DNA from: Phyllobates terribilis
Lineage: Eukaryota
Direction: 5' to 3'
Assembly (NCBI RefSeq): GCF_046119375.1
Contig: NW_027362772.1
Coordinates: forward strand, 72,788,001 to 72,852,000
DNA: 64,000 nucleotides
This document shows, piece after piece, positions 37,201 to 47,542 of this stretch; within the stretch, counting starts at the first letter, position 1; each line of letters starts with the position of its first letter. The notes beneath the pieces are model-generated. The model had not been told where the DNA came from. It searched no databases and was given only the letters and a program-made list of their open reading frames with translations. The position numbers and the translations under genes were made by a program.

Positions 37201-37480
37201 CTTTCATGTCTCTCTGTTAAAAAAAGCTGTTGTGTCGGATGGTGACGCCTCTGCCTCTGTTCCTCCGGTGGTGGAGGACGGGGAATATGAAATTTCTCGC
37301 ATCCTTGACTCTAGACGGTATAGAGGTAGTTTGCAGTATCTTGTGGCCTGGAAAGGTTTCGGACCCGAGGATAACTCTTGGGTGAGGTCAGATGATGTTT
37401 CCGCGTCCAGACTTATCAGAGCGTTTCACAGGAGATTTCCTGATAAGCCTGGTCCTAGGGGATCCGGAGGATCCTCTTAG
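34223..37480 (+). CDS. pol: Inner element Pol (PR-RT-RH-IN-chromodomain), -1 frame relative to gag
   Basis: FVDCGS protease, YLDD RT, EVDAS RNase H, HESRLAGH...CTIC, MDFI/SDRG/E integrase, GPKFVGPF (GPY/F), chromodomain YEISRILDSR...YLVAWKGFGPEDNSW. Confidence 0.95.
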   Translation: MVSHARIACLNSKGIFLAASTIAQEKLMEFRVFVDCGSTLNVIDGGFVEKLNLKPEPLSSPIAVVSVDGSPLKNITLKVSEFPLTINGVHHEKLDLVVLNNLPSPVILGLPWLKFHNPVLDWSTSEIKSWSHKCYDKCCNGRIAALDRGELPVPIQDFWRVFSEKESQVLPPHRDYDCSIEFVPGATLPKSRLFNLTIPERKALEEYIQTSLAAGHIRPSKSPVAVGFFFVKKKDGGLRPFLDFREINKITVRNPYPLPLIPDLFNQLLGAKWFSKIDLKGAYNLLRMKEGDEWKTAFNTPVGHFENLVMPFGLTNAPAFFQNLINDILRPLIGKNVVVYLDDILIYSPDLESHWRSVREVLQLLMDNSLFAKLEKCEFAVQRISFLGYIISSKGFEMDPVKVQAVQEWPRPIGLKSIQRFLGFANYYRKFIKNFSSIVKPLTDLTRKGADAVQWSSEAIEAFVYLKERFTSAPILMQPDVTRPFLVEVDASSVGVGAVLSQDNGDGLHPCAFFSKKFSETELNYDVGNRELLAIKLAFEHWRHFLEGAEFPVQVLTDHKNLIYLDAAKRLNACQARWALFFSRFNFSVTYIPGTKNVKADALSRSFSPIVGAEKEENILQGVVIAALDSVLEDEILKAQENAPSNTPHGRLFVPGTFRRDLFVECHESRLAGHPGISETKRLVGRSFWWPGWQKEVIKWVRQCTICARSKSSHTPAAGLLCPLEVPSAPWTHLAMDFITDLPPSEGFTVIWVVVDRFRKMCHLVPFVKLPCAKTLAKTFVKEIVRLHGVPTDIVSDRGPQFVARFWRAFCDRLGIHLSFSSGYHPESNGQTERKNQDVEQFLRCFVADNQEGWSEFLPLAEFALNNHTSSSAGCSPFFCCSGRHPSFGSFSKLGSAVPEEENFSGDLERVWTDVRGNLQEANRKSKDYFDRKRQEVLFAVGDMVWLSSRNLRLRIPSKKLGPKFVGPFKVLQVVNQSAVRLEVPTSWRINPVFHVSLLKKAVVSDGDASASVPPVVEDGEYEISRILDSRRYRGSLQYLVAWKGFGPEDNSWVRSDDVSASRLIRAFHRRFPDKPGPRGSGGSS

Positions 37481-39305
37481 AAGGGGGGGTACTGTTAGAA
37501 CCTTGCTGTTAGGTTTTTTTTCCTTTGCTGGTCACATGACCTTGTTGGCCTATTTAATCCTGCTCCGCCCTTCTGGCTTTGCTGGACTTCATTGTATATC
37601 TACTTTCTAGCTAACCTGTGCTCTGTATCTATCTCTGTTAGTTTGCTTGGTCTACGGACCTCTATGTTCTATCTATTTTGTTTGTTCGTCTGTCTGCTAC
37701 TATTTCTGTTAGGAGGTGTCCCATATTCCTTCCAGTCCTTAGTACTTGTAGGGATTCCCTCCCCACATCTATAGGTCTTCGTACAGACTAGATTAGGACT
37801 TTAGCAGGTCTGATCGCAGGATCAGGTTCCCTGTTACATCGTAGGGATTCAGCTGAGTCCTATAGTAGGGACAGATCTCCTCTCTTTCCTTAGCTTTGGT
37901 AGCAGAACATAACACATGCAACACGGTCCGCCCAGACCTGGGAGGGGAGGAATCTGCCCTTATGAACTGGGTCTGGGCGGGATTAGAGCAGTCTGAGTCA
38001 GAGTCAGAGTGAAGCTGCAGACACAGGGAAAGTGAGGTCAGGAGCTCTGGAGGAGCAGTAGCTGAAGTCCAGGGGCTGGAGCTGAGCAGAGTTCGCCCTG
38101 GACGAAGATACTAAAACCGGACACAGGAGTCCGAGGCTGTGGGGACATCCAGGTCCAGCAACAGAAACCAGCCGGCAGGGGATTCCAGGTCCTCTGGCCA
38201 TAGAAGCCCGGAGGCTCAGTCACAGAGAAGGGACCAGCGCCGCCATCCAGGAGCGGAGGCTAACAGAAGGCCCCAAGTCACCAGCCATACGGGTGAGCAC
38301 CACACGGTATACTCAGGGACGTGGGCTACTTGTAACCGCTGATAGCAAGGTAGCCAGGAAGAGTGCAGATAAACGGGGAGGCCTACAACTCCACCTGGCC
38401 AGGGGAACTCCTGCTTGCTCGCAGACTGACCAGGCCCCTTATACTAGCCAGTACTCCCGGGAGGGTCTGCCTTGTACCATCAGTAAAGACCCTGAACTGC
38501 ACCACACGACTCTGTGATTCCTTGCCGCTCCTGCACCATTAGCACTGGGACCCTCAGACCATCACTCCCATCATCTTCCACATTAGCTGCCCTGAGGCAA
38601 TACTTCTCCCGTGGGGAGTCATCCCATACTCAGCTGCGCAACCAACATCAGCCTCAGCGGTCTGCAGCGCAGCGGCGGTCCCCACTGACCGCAATCCACG
38701 GGTGGCGTAGTCGGACACTTATTCCAATACAAATAGACTGCCACTGGTTTGACCACCCTGGGCACGGACCGGGTCACCGCCACACGGAGACTACAACCCC
38801 CAGCATCCCAGCGATCCGGTTCCGGGTATTCCCCCTGCACAGCAGCAGCAGCACAGGCCCAGGGGGCGCGTCACATACAGTGCCTAATCTCATTGTATAG
38901 TCCTATAGAAAGAAACAGTGTAGTCTCACACTCTGCCTATATTATACAGTGCCAAAAACAGTACCATATAGTTCTTAATCCTAAATAGGGCCTAAATAAT
39001 ACCACCATATAGTGCCTAGTCCCATAGTATGGTTGGAAACCATAGACCAGTATCATCCATTTTATACTTTGACAAATAACAGTACCATATAATATTTAGT
39101 CCTAAACTGGGCCTAAATAATACCACTATACTGTGCCAAATAATATGGCAATACAGAACCTAGTCCCATAGTATCATCTCAAACAATGGAACAGTATAAT
39201 ATCATACTGTGCCCATATTATACTGTGCCAAATAACAGCACCATATAATACTTATATTGGGCCTCAATAATACCACGATATGGTGCCAAATAATATGGCA
39301 ATATG

Positions 39306-39564
39306 CAGTGTTGGACTGGGTTGGCAAAGGCCCACTAGTAACATTGATTGATTCTTGGGGCCCACTGTTCAGCTGACCCTAGTACACAAATTTACTTTGG
39401 CTTCTATGCAATATTAATTTGGCTAGCTTGATTAATGAATGATTAGATGATACCTTTTTCTGAAAATTGTGAATCAAGTGTAATAGCACTTATCATCAGC
39501 ACTCCTTCACAGGGGCGGCCTACTGGAGGATTCTCCGGTTGCACCGTGGGCCAGTCCGAGCCTG
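39306..39564. mobile_element. hAT-like MITE (same family as 6543-6814)
   Basis: CAGTGTTGGACTGG / CCAGTCCGAGCCTG termini; TSD gcaatatg/accatatg (6/8). Confidence 0.6.
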
Positions 39565-39666
39565 ACCATATGGTGCACTGTCCCTATTTCAACCTTACAG
39601 TGCCATATCTTTGCATTATATGGTGGTTAATACCATACTGTACCCCAAACCTTATTGTCTCTCCAG

Positions 39667-39832
39667 GAATGGGCCATTGCCAGTGGGCGCTACGATCCCT
39701 TGAAGGACCAGCCTGATCCAGCACGATGGAAAAGGAATCTCCGCTCTGCTTTGATTCGGAAGGAAGGAATTCGCATGATTCTAAACCACAGCACAGCTCA
39801 TGCCAATCCGCACAAAATATATGAGTTCATCA
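39667..39832 (+). CDS. irf3: IRF3-like paralog B, DBD C-half exon
   Basis: ctccag|EWAIASGRYDPLKDQPDPARWKRNLRSALIRKEGIRMILNHSTAHANPHKIYEFI A|gtaaga; matches human AWAEATGAY...WKRNFRSALNRKEG...DPHKIYEF. Confidence 0.95.
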
Positions 39833-40415
39833 GTAAGACATCCTTATCAATTGGTTCATTGAGTGTTACTTAGTAATTCCAACTAAAGACGAGGCAGTAT
39901 ATCCTGGAGGGGCTCATCGGAAAGAGGAGGACACCCAGTCCTGGTCACCCCCCATAACATTTGCTATAAAGCTGGTCCCTTGTCTGAGGAACTGTCTACC
40001 AATAGTTACATTTCCCAAACTGTGAAAATGTAACCCTGCCTCTGAGACCACCCAAGAACTGTCCCCCATTTTTGTGACTAGCTTCCTAGATTGTCCCTGC
40101 AGTTGGCAATCATGGCCAAAAAGTTGTGGTAAAGATGTGTAAGGGGAAACAAAAACTAGACCCTTCTATTCTTTGTGGTAAAAACCCGACACTATATTGG
40201 CCGGCCCAGATGGATCTTTGCTATGGGGCCTCTTCTTTTATGTGTAGACCATTGATCTGAGACAGTATTATACTACATCATTCCAACAAGAAGTGCGGCC
40301 CCCTCTAAGTTGTCCCAGCGCATCGTCATTCTTGAGCCCAACTACTGAGCAGTCATGTCTAAGGCCATTGTCCAACCTCCCAAAAACTAACTTCTTGGGT
40401 CTTTTTAAGTTCCAG

Positions 40416-40504
40416 TACGTGGAGCTGCTCCTGTAGGCCAATATGGCACCGCTTCTGCCAACCCAACGTTACCTCCGGCCTCTTCCAATAACCAAGATGC
40501 AACG
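40416..40504 (+). CDS. irf3: Paralog B linker exon (89 nt)
   Basis: ttccag|...ACG|gtgagt; phase 1 to 0; (I)RGAAPVGQYGTASANPTLPPASSNNQDAT. Supported by splice sites and phase only. Confidence 0.7.
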
Positions 40505-41513
40505 GTGAGTTTATATTTTAAAGCGTATTGGATTATTCCTCCTCACTGCAGTTGGATGATCATATTTTTCCCAGCGGTTGCTTAGTTGCATGTAATGTAA
40601 ATCAGCTCATTAGGCATTGACTTCCTTGTCTTTGTTAGCAGCCAAAGCAGAGCTGCTGTGTAAAGCATGGGGGAGGGGGGGGGGGGCATATGTATGCCTC
40701 TGAGGAGACATATGGTGGATTCCAGACTCCCATTAGGTAATGCTAAAGCAAGTATTGTGCCATGCTGCTGCTTTTAGGAAGAAACACTAAGGGGAAGCCA
40801 TATAAGGAGGTTGTGGAGGGAAGTGGGGGGCATGTAGAGACAGTGGACCACCTATGAGTGCTACAATGTTCTTAGGGCTGATTCAATCATCATGAGATGG
40901 GCAAAAGCTGAGGTCAACAGATTGAGAGGACTTCTGTTTAGGGTTAGAGAAGACTCCGGGACTTTGACCTGTAAATTACACCAGAGTGTCGGTTAAAGAT
41001 ATTAGATAGGACCCTGGGTAATTTCTTGCAAAGTGACTGGTGACTGGTAGACCCCCCAAGACCCACAGTGGCACAGTAAGAAAGGCTGTATAGCCGATGG
41101 TCACATTGGTGCAACCAGACTTGGTGGCGACTCCTGCGGGGCTCCCCAACCACAGTAAGGACAGTCCTGAAGAATCGGGACATCACAATTCAATCTGACA
41201 ACAAACTTGTTAATTGCTTCCAGTACTAATCTAGCAGAACTACAAATGCAGCTCTGGAGTATAATTCATGCTGAAATAAAGTAAAGAATTAATAAGGTTG
41301 TCTCATTTTCTTAAATGGGAAACATTGCAAAGCGCTTGTTAAAAGAAGCAACTTTGCAATTAACTTCTAATTAAAAACTCTCTCTGGAATCCTTCTCAAG
41401 AACAAAGGGATCTTTAATTCTATAGTTTACTACTCATTCCCTGGGTTACCAGCCACCGCTGCAGTCAATCGATGGTAGACAATCTCCTAGACAAGGAGCG
41501 TAATGCATGCAAG

Positions 41514-41794
41514 TAGAGATGAGAACCCAAACCTGTACAGTTCGGGGTTCGTACCGGACACTAGAGTGCTGAACTCCAAATTTCTCCCGGAAGTCTGTTT
41601 TAGTGATTGGAGTTCTGGGAGAAGTCTGAGGTGAGAGAGAGACCCCTAGCCCTTACTACAACCATTTTACAGCGCCAAAGTTCGAGTCCCCATTGACTTC
41701 TTTGGGGTTTGGGTTCTGGTACCCGAACCGAACTTTGGATTAAAGTTTGGTCGAACCCGACGAACTCAAACTTCCACTGGTCCGCTCATCCCTA
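41514..41794. mobile_element. hAT-like MITE
   Basis: TAGAGATGAG / CTCATCCCTA termini; TSD catgcaag/cttgcaag (7/8). Confidence 0.65.
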
Positions 41795-42230
41795 CTTGCA
41801 AGCCCTTTACTTTGGAGCTTGTAAGCCTTGCTCAGAAGCTGGCTGGATTGCTTTACCTCTGCAGCCTCCGATGCTGCAGAGATAAAGCTGTCTCTGCTCA
41901 CAGCATTGGAGAGCAAACAGTTTAGGTCAGCCCTAGTCTGAATCATCAGGAGTACACCAATTCTGGCAGGAAGGAACCCGGGAGGCAGGGGAGCGGTGCG
42001 CTCCTGAAGAAAGGAAAATCCCTTTAAGTAGGTTGATGTTTTATGTGGATGGACAAATCTTTTAATTGTATCAGTGACGTGCGCACAAGACCCATACAAA
42101 AATTAAATATTAAAGACCTGCGATAATTGGGGGCCCCGTTGGATGTTTTGCATTCTGGCTCTTGAGCTTCAAGTTTCGCCACTGGTACTAACATATCCAT
42201 TATTCCCTTATCACTGCCTCTCCTTTGCAG

Positions 42231-42282
42231 ACGACTCTTTTTGAAGAACTGGAGGATCTGGATCTTTACCGAGACGAGGAAG
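42231..42282 (+). CDS. irf3: Paralog B 52-nt exon encoding a leucine-rich NES-like motif
   Basis: tctcctttgcag|TTLFEELEDLDLYRDEE G|gtactg; phase 0 to 1. Confidence 0.72.
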
Positions 42283-42409
42283 GTACTGATTTATCACTTT
42301 TTTGTTAATAAGAATATTCCATTCATTTAGAACAACCAGAGATCTTGAAGATGTTGAAGAATTGAGTCATTCCAACATCACTGGTCCTTTCTTTCTATTT
42401 AACCTGCAG

Positions 42410-42613
42410 AGCTGTACCTTCCTTATGAAGATTTTAAGGGCGTCCCGGAAGAGATGGATCCCAATAAGTCATTGCTCGCTGAACAAGTACCATACAACGA
42501 TACATCCCCATTACAGGGTGCGGCTGCTGCTTCTGCCATTCCTGTCCTTCCAGAACATGCTCATGCCATCTACAGTGACTCTCCATCATATACAGCAGCT
42601 GGAGTCCACGTTG
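42410..42613 (+). CDS. irf3: Paralog B linker exon (204 nt)
   Basis: aacctgcag|(E)LYLPYEDFKGVPEEMDPNK...AGVHV G|gtaggt; phase 1 to 1; overlaps ORF 42454. Confidence 0.72.
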
Positions 42614-43232
42614 GTAGGTTCTTCCCTGCCAGATTTTGCACCAAATCCATCCAAACTAGTTCCCAATGTTTGTTTTATTTGGCACAAATTCAAAGACGCT
42701 AATTTTTGGGGCTCTTTAAAGTAAAAAGTTGCACGATCCTTTTAGGAAGCCTTAAAATTTAGTCTTCAACTGCGCGAAACAAAAATTTGATGGATTTTGT
42801 ACCCCGTTAGGGAACTTGAGTACAATTGTGCAAAATTTTTTGGAAAAGTTGCAAATGATGAATTAGGCTGAGACTTCTGGCTAAACAAAACTCCCACCAT
42901 GCGGGCGTATTTCGAGATTCGTATACAGACTGTGGGTCTCCCAACCCAAACTTCCAGCCTCATATGTGCACATAGCCTTCCAGTGTCCATACACAATAGA
43001 TATCCGTAAGCTGAAGGTTCATTCAGTCAACAGTTACATCTCGCGAACCCCCACCCCATATATGTGCACGCTCGACTTAGCTGAGTGTCCACGTGTTTTC
43101 ATCTGTGGGGCGACAATTGCAAGGTCTCAAAACACATTAGATCGTCATCCGCTCCCATTAGTATTGCCAGGCTCAGACGACAATAATTGACTGGAATTTT
43201 TTCATAATTTTACATTTTCTATTTTTTTGCAG

Positions 43233-43313
43233 AACAAGTTCCGTCCCAGCCAGATGAAGACCAGGAGACTTTCCAACAGAAGATACTTAAACATTTCAGC
43301 TACAATTCATTTC
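43233..43313 (+). CDS. irf3: Paralog B pre-IAD exon (81 nt)
   Basis: ttttttgcag|(E)QVPSQPDEDQETFQQKILKHFSYNSF C|gtaagt; phase 1 to 1. Confidence 0.78.
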
Positions 43314-44305
43314 GTAAGTAACACTTAGTGCAAAAATTAGGTGGCATTGAAGAAAAACTGCCAGATTGGTCACTCAATGTCGAGACCTCCAGTTCAATCA
43401 CCAATCAGACCACCTACAAGTAAATGTTGAGAAAATTCATCATCTCAGTACAATAGCACCTGTTGAGGGCCGGGATATATAAAACAGCAAGTGACAGTCA
43501 ATTCTTGCCAAAAGATAGCCAAGGAAGTGAGTCCTTGATAACCCACTAAAGGGAATGCATAAGCAGCATGAAGTAGGGGCAGAGAGCCTGATTGCAGCGA
43601 TGTATCACTTACTGGGCTGCTTGCTATAGTTTTGATGCAATCCCAATTTTCCCTGCTGAAGATTTAGCAGTGCTATGAATGCAGTGTAAATCCGCCCACA
43701 CCACTGATTGGCAGCTTCCTGAATACATTGGTAGGAAGCAGCCAATGGGTGGCGTGGGCGGGGTTATACAGATTAGCTGGACTGGCTTGCACATGACACC
43801 TAGTCGTCAGTGATAATCTCCTGCTGATAAAACATTGGCATAGAAGGGAGGAGGGGAGAAGAAATGTAGAAAGCTTACCACGTTGTCGATTTCAAAACCA
43901 TATGTCAGCCGGAATCCATCCTGAGGGTGCCGCACCCATTGGTGATCACAAGCAAATGAAAAAGAAAAGGGAAATCTACCGGCACATCCAACAGGAAATA
44001 ATTAAAAATTGTTCTTTATTGAAGAAAAAACTAAACATGGGTTTCTGAGGTTTCATTTTAGCATGTTTTAGTTTTTTCTTCAATAAAGAACAATTTTTAA
44101 TTATTTCCTGTTGGATGTGCCGGTAGATTTCCCTTTTCTTTTTGATAAAACATTGATTGTATTGAAACTCTCAAAAGCTGCTGAGCAAATGACACATCGC
44201 TGGAATATGCTCTCAGATTACATAGTTTCAACATGTAGAATAATTATTATTTTCCCACGTAAATCACAATATTATAAAATATTTTTTTCTGTTCTTTTAC
44301 TACAG

Positions 44306-44674
44306 AAACAGATTTTGAAGTCCAAATTTTTTACCGGGGAAAGCTGGTCCAAACATCAATGGTGACAAACGCACCTGGATTCTACATCACCGCTGACCAA
44401 CAGCCAAGTCACGGTGGCTATGTTGACCGAGTCTATCTGCCGCAGCCGGCATCAGTAGTGGTGAATCAGTTATTGACGGAGGCAGTCGGACACCTCCTGA
44501 CAAAGCTGAAAGAAGGGACCCTGGTGGAAGTCCGAGAAGGAATGATATGCGCGAAGAGATTTGGCCTTTGTAGAAGTTATTGGAGTTTAACAAATACACC
44601 AGAACCAAAAACACCGAATCAGATTGACAAAAGAGAGTACTCCATCCTGTACAGCATTTATCAGTTTATTACAG
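44306..44674 (+). CDS. irf3: Paralog B IAD exon (369 nt)
   Basis: tactacag|(Q)TDFEVQIFYRGKLV...ICAKRFGLCRSYW...YQFIT G|gtaatc; homologous to 335-700. Confidence 0.93.
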
Positions 44675-44687
44675 GTAATCAATTCTG

Positions 44688-44996
44688 ATTGTAGCACTTT
44701 TTTTGAAGGAACTCAACAGTGAGGTGGTTCCAAACATCTTGGAGAACTGACCACAGATCTTCTGTGGATGTCGCTTGTGGAAATCCTTCTGTCTTTTCAT
44801 GTAGTCCCAGACAGACTGGATGATGTGAGATCAGGGCTCTGTGGGGGGGCCGGATCATCACATACAAGACTCCTCGTCCTTCTTTACACAACCCCAAACA
44901 TCCAGTCAATGTCATTAAGAATGATCTTCAGTGTAAAGAAAAACAAAGGAGTCCCGGAAGCGATGATCCGGCCCCCACAGAGCCCTGATCTCTATG
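44688..44996. mobile_element. Tc1/mariner transposase C-terminal fragments in inverted arrangement
   Basis: Minus 44688-44860 gives ...TSTEDLWSVLQDVWNHL..EFLQK; plus 44885-44996 gives degenerate NPKH..NVIKN.LQ.KE...MIRPPQSPDL (Tc1 WPPQSPDL motif). Confidence 0.7.
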
Positions 44997-45468
44997 ATGA
45001 TTGTTCTTCCTGATGTCCTAAAATTGGATTCTACATTTGCAGAGAGTGACTACCAGCGTTAACTCTTTTTTTTTTAATCCATGTACAACACAATATTAAA
45101 GGGGCTTTCCACTGTTATAAAAGTTAATGGTCCCAGGATGATGTAAAAAAACCAAACAACAAATCTATACCCATCTACCAGATCAATGTTGCTCCTCCAC
45201 ACTCATATTTTGTCTCCTGAGCCTGTTTGGAATGTGAAATATGCAGCCAATCAGTAGCCGCTGATTGGCTGCAGCGGTCACGTGATGCCAGGAGTCTGCA
45301 GAGGAGCAGCGCCGATCCAGTAGGTGAGTAATTTTACTTTTTCGCTAAACCACACTGGGCTCACCAAGTTTAATTTTTAAAGTAGTAGAAAACTTCTTTA
45401 AGTAGATGTATTAAGTGTATGTGTAGACCACTGTATGTTACATTATTTCTTTTCGTTTCTTGGTTCAG

Positions 45469-45587
45469 AATTGATTGATTTTGTGGAACGACGGAGAAAA
45501 GAGTCTCCACAGTATTCTATCTGGATTTGTCTGGGGGAACAATGGCCGGATGACAAACCATGGGACAAGAAACTCATCATGGTGAAG
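45469..45587 (+). CDS. irf3: Paralog B penultimate coding exon (119 nt)
   Basis: ggttcag|ELIDFVERRRKESPQYSIWICLGEQWPDDKPWDKKLIMVK|gtgaat; same size and phase as 2054-2172. Confidence 0.94.
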
Positions 45588-45984
45588 GTGAATGGAAAAT
45601 CTAAAATTGTATAGAAAGTCTGCTCTCGGGGGAAACAATTCTAGAGTAGGTTAGATTTTTACTTGTTTTTTTCCTGCATAGAGTTTAGGGGGAACCGAGC
45701 AGGAGTATGGAACAATGCTCCAAGGGAAAAAGTATGCAAAGCAGCTCTCTTCCAGAAGGAAGTTAGTCTCTCTTCCTTTCCGAGTGGTGACGGGTTTGGC
45801 TGATAGTTTTCTTTCTGATGAAGGTCAGATAATGTGTATTCTTTCCCCTGAGTTAAATTAGATTATATTAGATTAGTTACAAGAATAGAAAAAAAAAACT
45901 ATCCTACTCAATATAATTAATTGTAGTCTATTCTAATCTATCATGTCCAGGGAAACATATGCAAATTAAAGAGGATAAAGAAAG

Positions 45985-46460
45985 TCGAGTTAAATACCTT
46001 GTAAAAATCCCTCTGTTCCCCTGAGTCTGACGCTCTTTTCCGTTTTGCTCTGCGTTGTTCCATTGCAGAGATATTCACATTTGTTGCTTTTCGAGCGCAG
46101 TATGTGAAATCTCTGTCTTCTCTAGGGGCATGTGCGCTTTCACCTCTCCCAGACGCTGCCAATCACAGCTCAGAATCTGATCTACCAATCTTATCAGTCT
46201 CGGATGCTACCAAGCTGTGATTGGCAGCGTCTGGGAGGGAGGGATAAAAGTCCACGCCCACAGAGAAGACTCTAAAGAAACACCCATTTGCACTACAAAG
46301 AGAGATTTCACATACTGTGCTCCAAAAGCAACAAATGTGAATATCTCTGCAATGGAGCGACACAGAGCAAAACGGAAAAGAGCGGCAGAATCAGGGGAGC
46401 TTGGGGATTTTGTTTTATAAGATATTTAACTCAAATTTTTTGAGCAAGTGACAAGTCCTC
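45985..46460. mobile_element. Long palindromic MITE, intronic
   Basis: Mirrored arms; the ORF track shows near-identical peptides on opposite strands (45941- and 46217+). Ends are approximate. Confidence 0.7.
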
Positions 46461-46786
46461 TAAATGGAAGTAAAAACAGATTGATCTCTTTTTCTTTAGA
46501 TGAAGTTTCTGGTTTGGATTATATGAGGTAGTATTCTAGATGAGAGTTATTTTGCATATTCTCCTCTGGATATGATAGATTATATTATTTTAGGGTTAGG
46601 ATCAATTACATTAGAATTGTTTGCATCCTTCTGGGATGTATCAATCCAGAGATAAGTGAATCAATCCGCAGGACCCTGGTCCAGCTGCCGCTTTCTGTCT
46701 CCTGGCTTTTCTGGCTCCTCTTTTGCATAACCGGCCTGGCATGACGTATCAAACTAAAAACTCATCCAAAACGAAGAGATCAATTT

Positions 46787-46985
46787 AAGGCGCAGTCAGA
46801 CAACTGTATAACATGGACAATGATCGCATCGCAGTGCACGGACTGGCCGGCGGCTCTCCTAACCTTAGCATGACACCATGTATTTCTATTCAGCTGTCAC
46901 TTTCGGGTCGGAAGAGCCGCCGGCCAGTCTGTGCACTGCGATGCGACTGTCGTCTATGTTATACGGCTGTCTGACTGTACCCTAA
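46787..46985. mobile_element. Short hairpin MITE
   Basis: CAGTCAGACA...GCATCGCAGTGCAC.GACTGGCCGGCGGCTCT is mirrored by AGAGCCGCCGGCCAGTC.GTGCACTGCGATGC...TGTCTGACTG. Confidence 0.7.
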
Positions 46986-47542
46986 AGGCTCTATCAGGAT
47001 CAATTATCCTCCCACGCGCAAAAATTTTGCTTTTATTTTGCTTGTTTTTTTTTCTCTGTATTTAGTTCGCCTCAAAACATGCAATAGCAATTTTTTACTA
47101 ATTATTGAGTTTTTACTGCGTTTTTGTTTCATGCGTCTTTGGTTTAGATTTAAAGCAGCATATTTTTAGTGCCAAAATTTCGGATTTAAAAAAAAAATAA
47201 TAATTTCAGGCACCCTATAGAAGTCTATAGGCAAAAAAAAATCACCAAAAATTGCACAGTTTAAACGCAAAGGGGGCATGAGTTTTGATGAAGGCACTTA
47301 AACTTTGCTTCAACTTTTCAACGCAGATTTTCTGCATGGAAAAATGCATTGTGGGCACATAGCCTTAGATAGATCCCTGCAGGAAGAATAGAAAAAAAAC
47401 TTTCTTGTATCCCCCTAAGTTTTTCTTACTTTTTCCAGTTGGGGTCTAAAAAAACATTATGGGAATATAGCCCTGAGAAATGAGTCCTGCATGGTGTTAA
47501 TGTCCGATATTGTATCAGTAGTCCTTCTTTTGTTTATGGCAG

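Larger units (their letters stand above)
32943..37914 (+). mobile_element. Chromodomain-bearing Gypsy retrotransposon (Tf1/Sushi-type chromovirus), nested in the 3' LTR of the outer element
   Basis: 422-bp LTRs 32943-33364 and 37493-37914 (TGTTA...TAACA, 1 difference seen), 5-bp TSD CATGC (32938-42, 37915-19), PPT AGAAGGGGGGG before the 3' LTR, open gag and pol. Confidence 0.97.
25775..38873 (+). mobile_element. Ty3/Gypsy LTR retrotransposon (outer), in intron 2 of paralog B
   Basis: LTRs 25775-26821 and 32850-38873 (the latter interrupted), TG...CA termini, 4-bp TSD CATA, PPT AGGGGGGAA at 32841-49, gag and pol (PR-RT-RH-IN). About 9 LTR differences in 1047 bp by eye. Confidence 0.97.

Noticed and set aside
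42330-42385. Possible extra acidic exon (TTRDLEDVEELS) resembling the NES exon
   Set aside because: The phase-compatible reading hits a stop, and there is no good donor.
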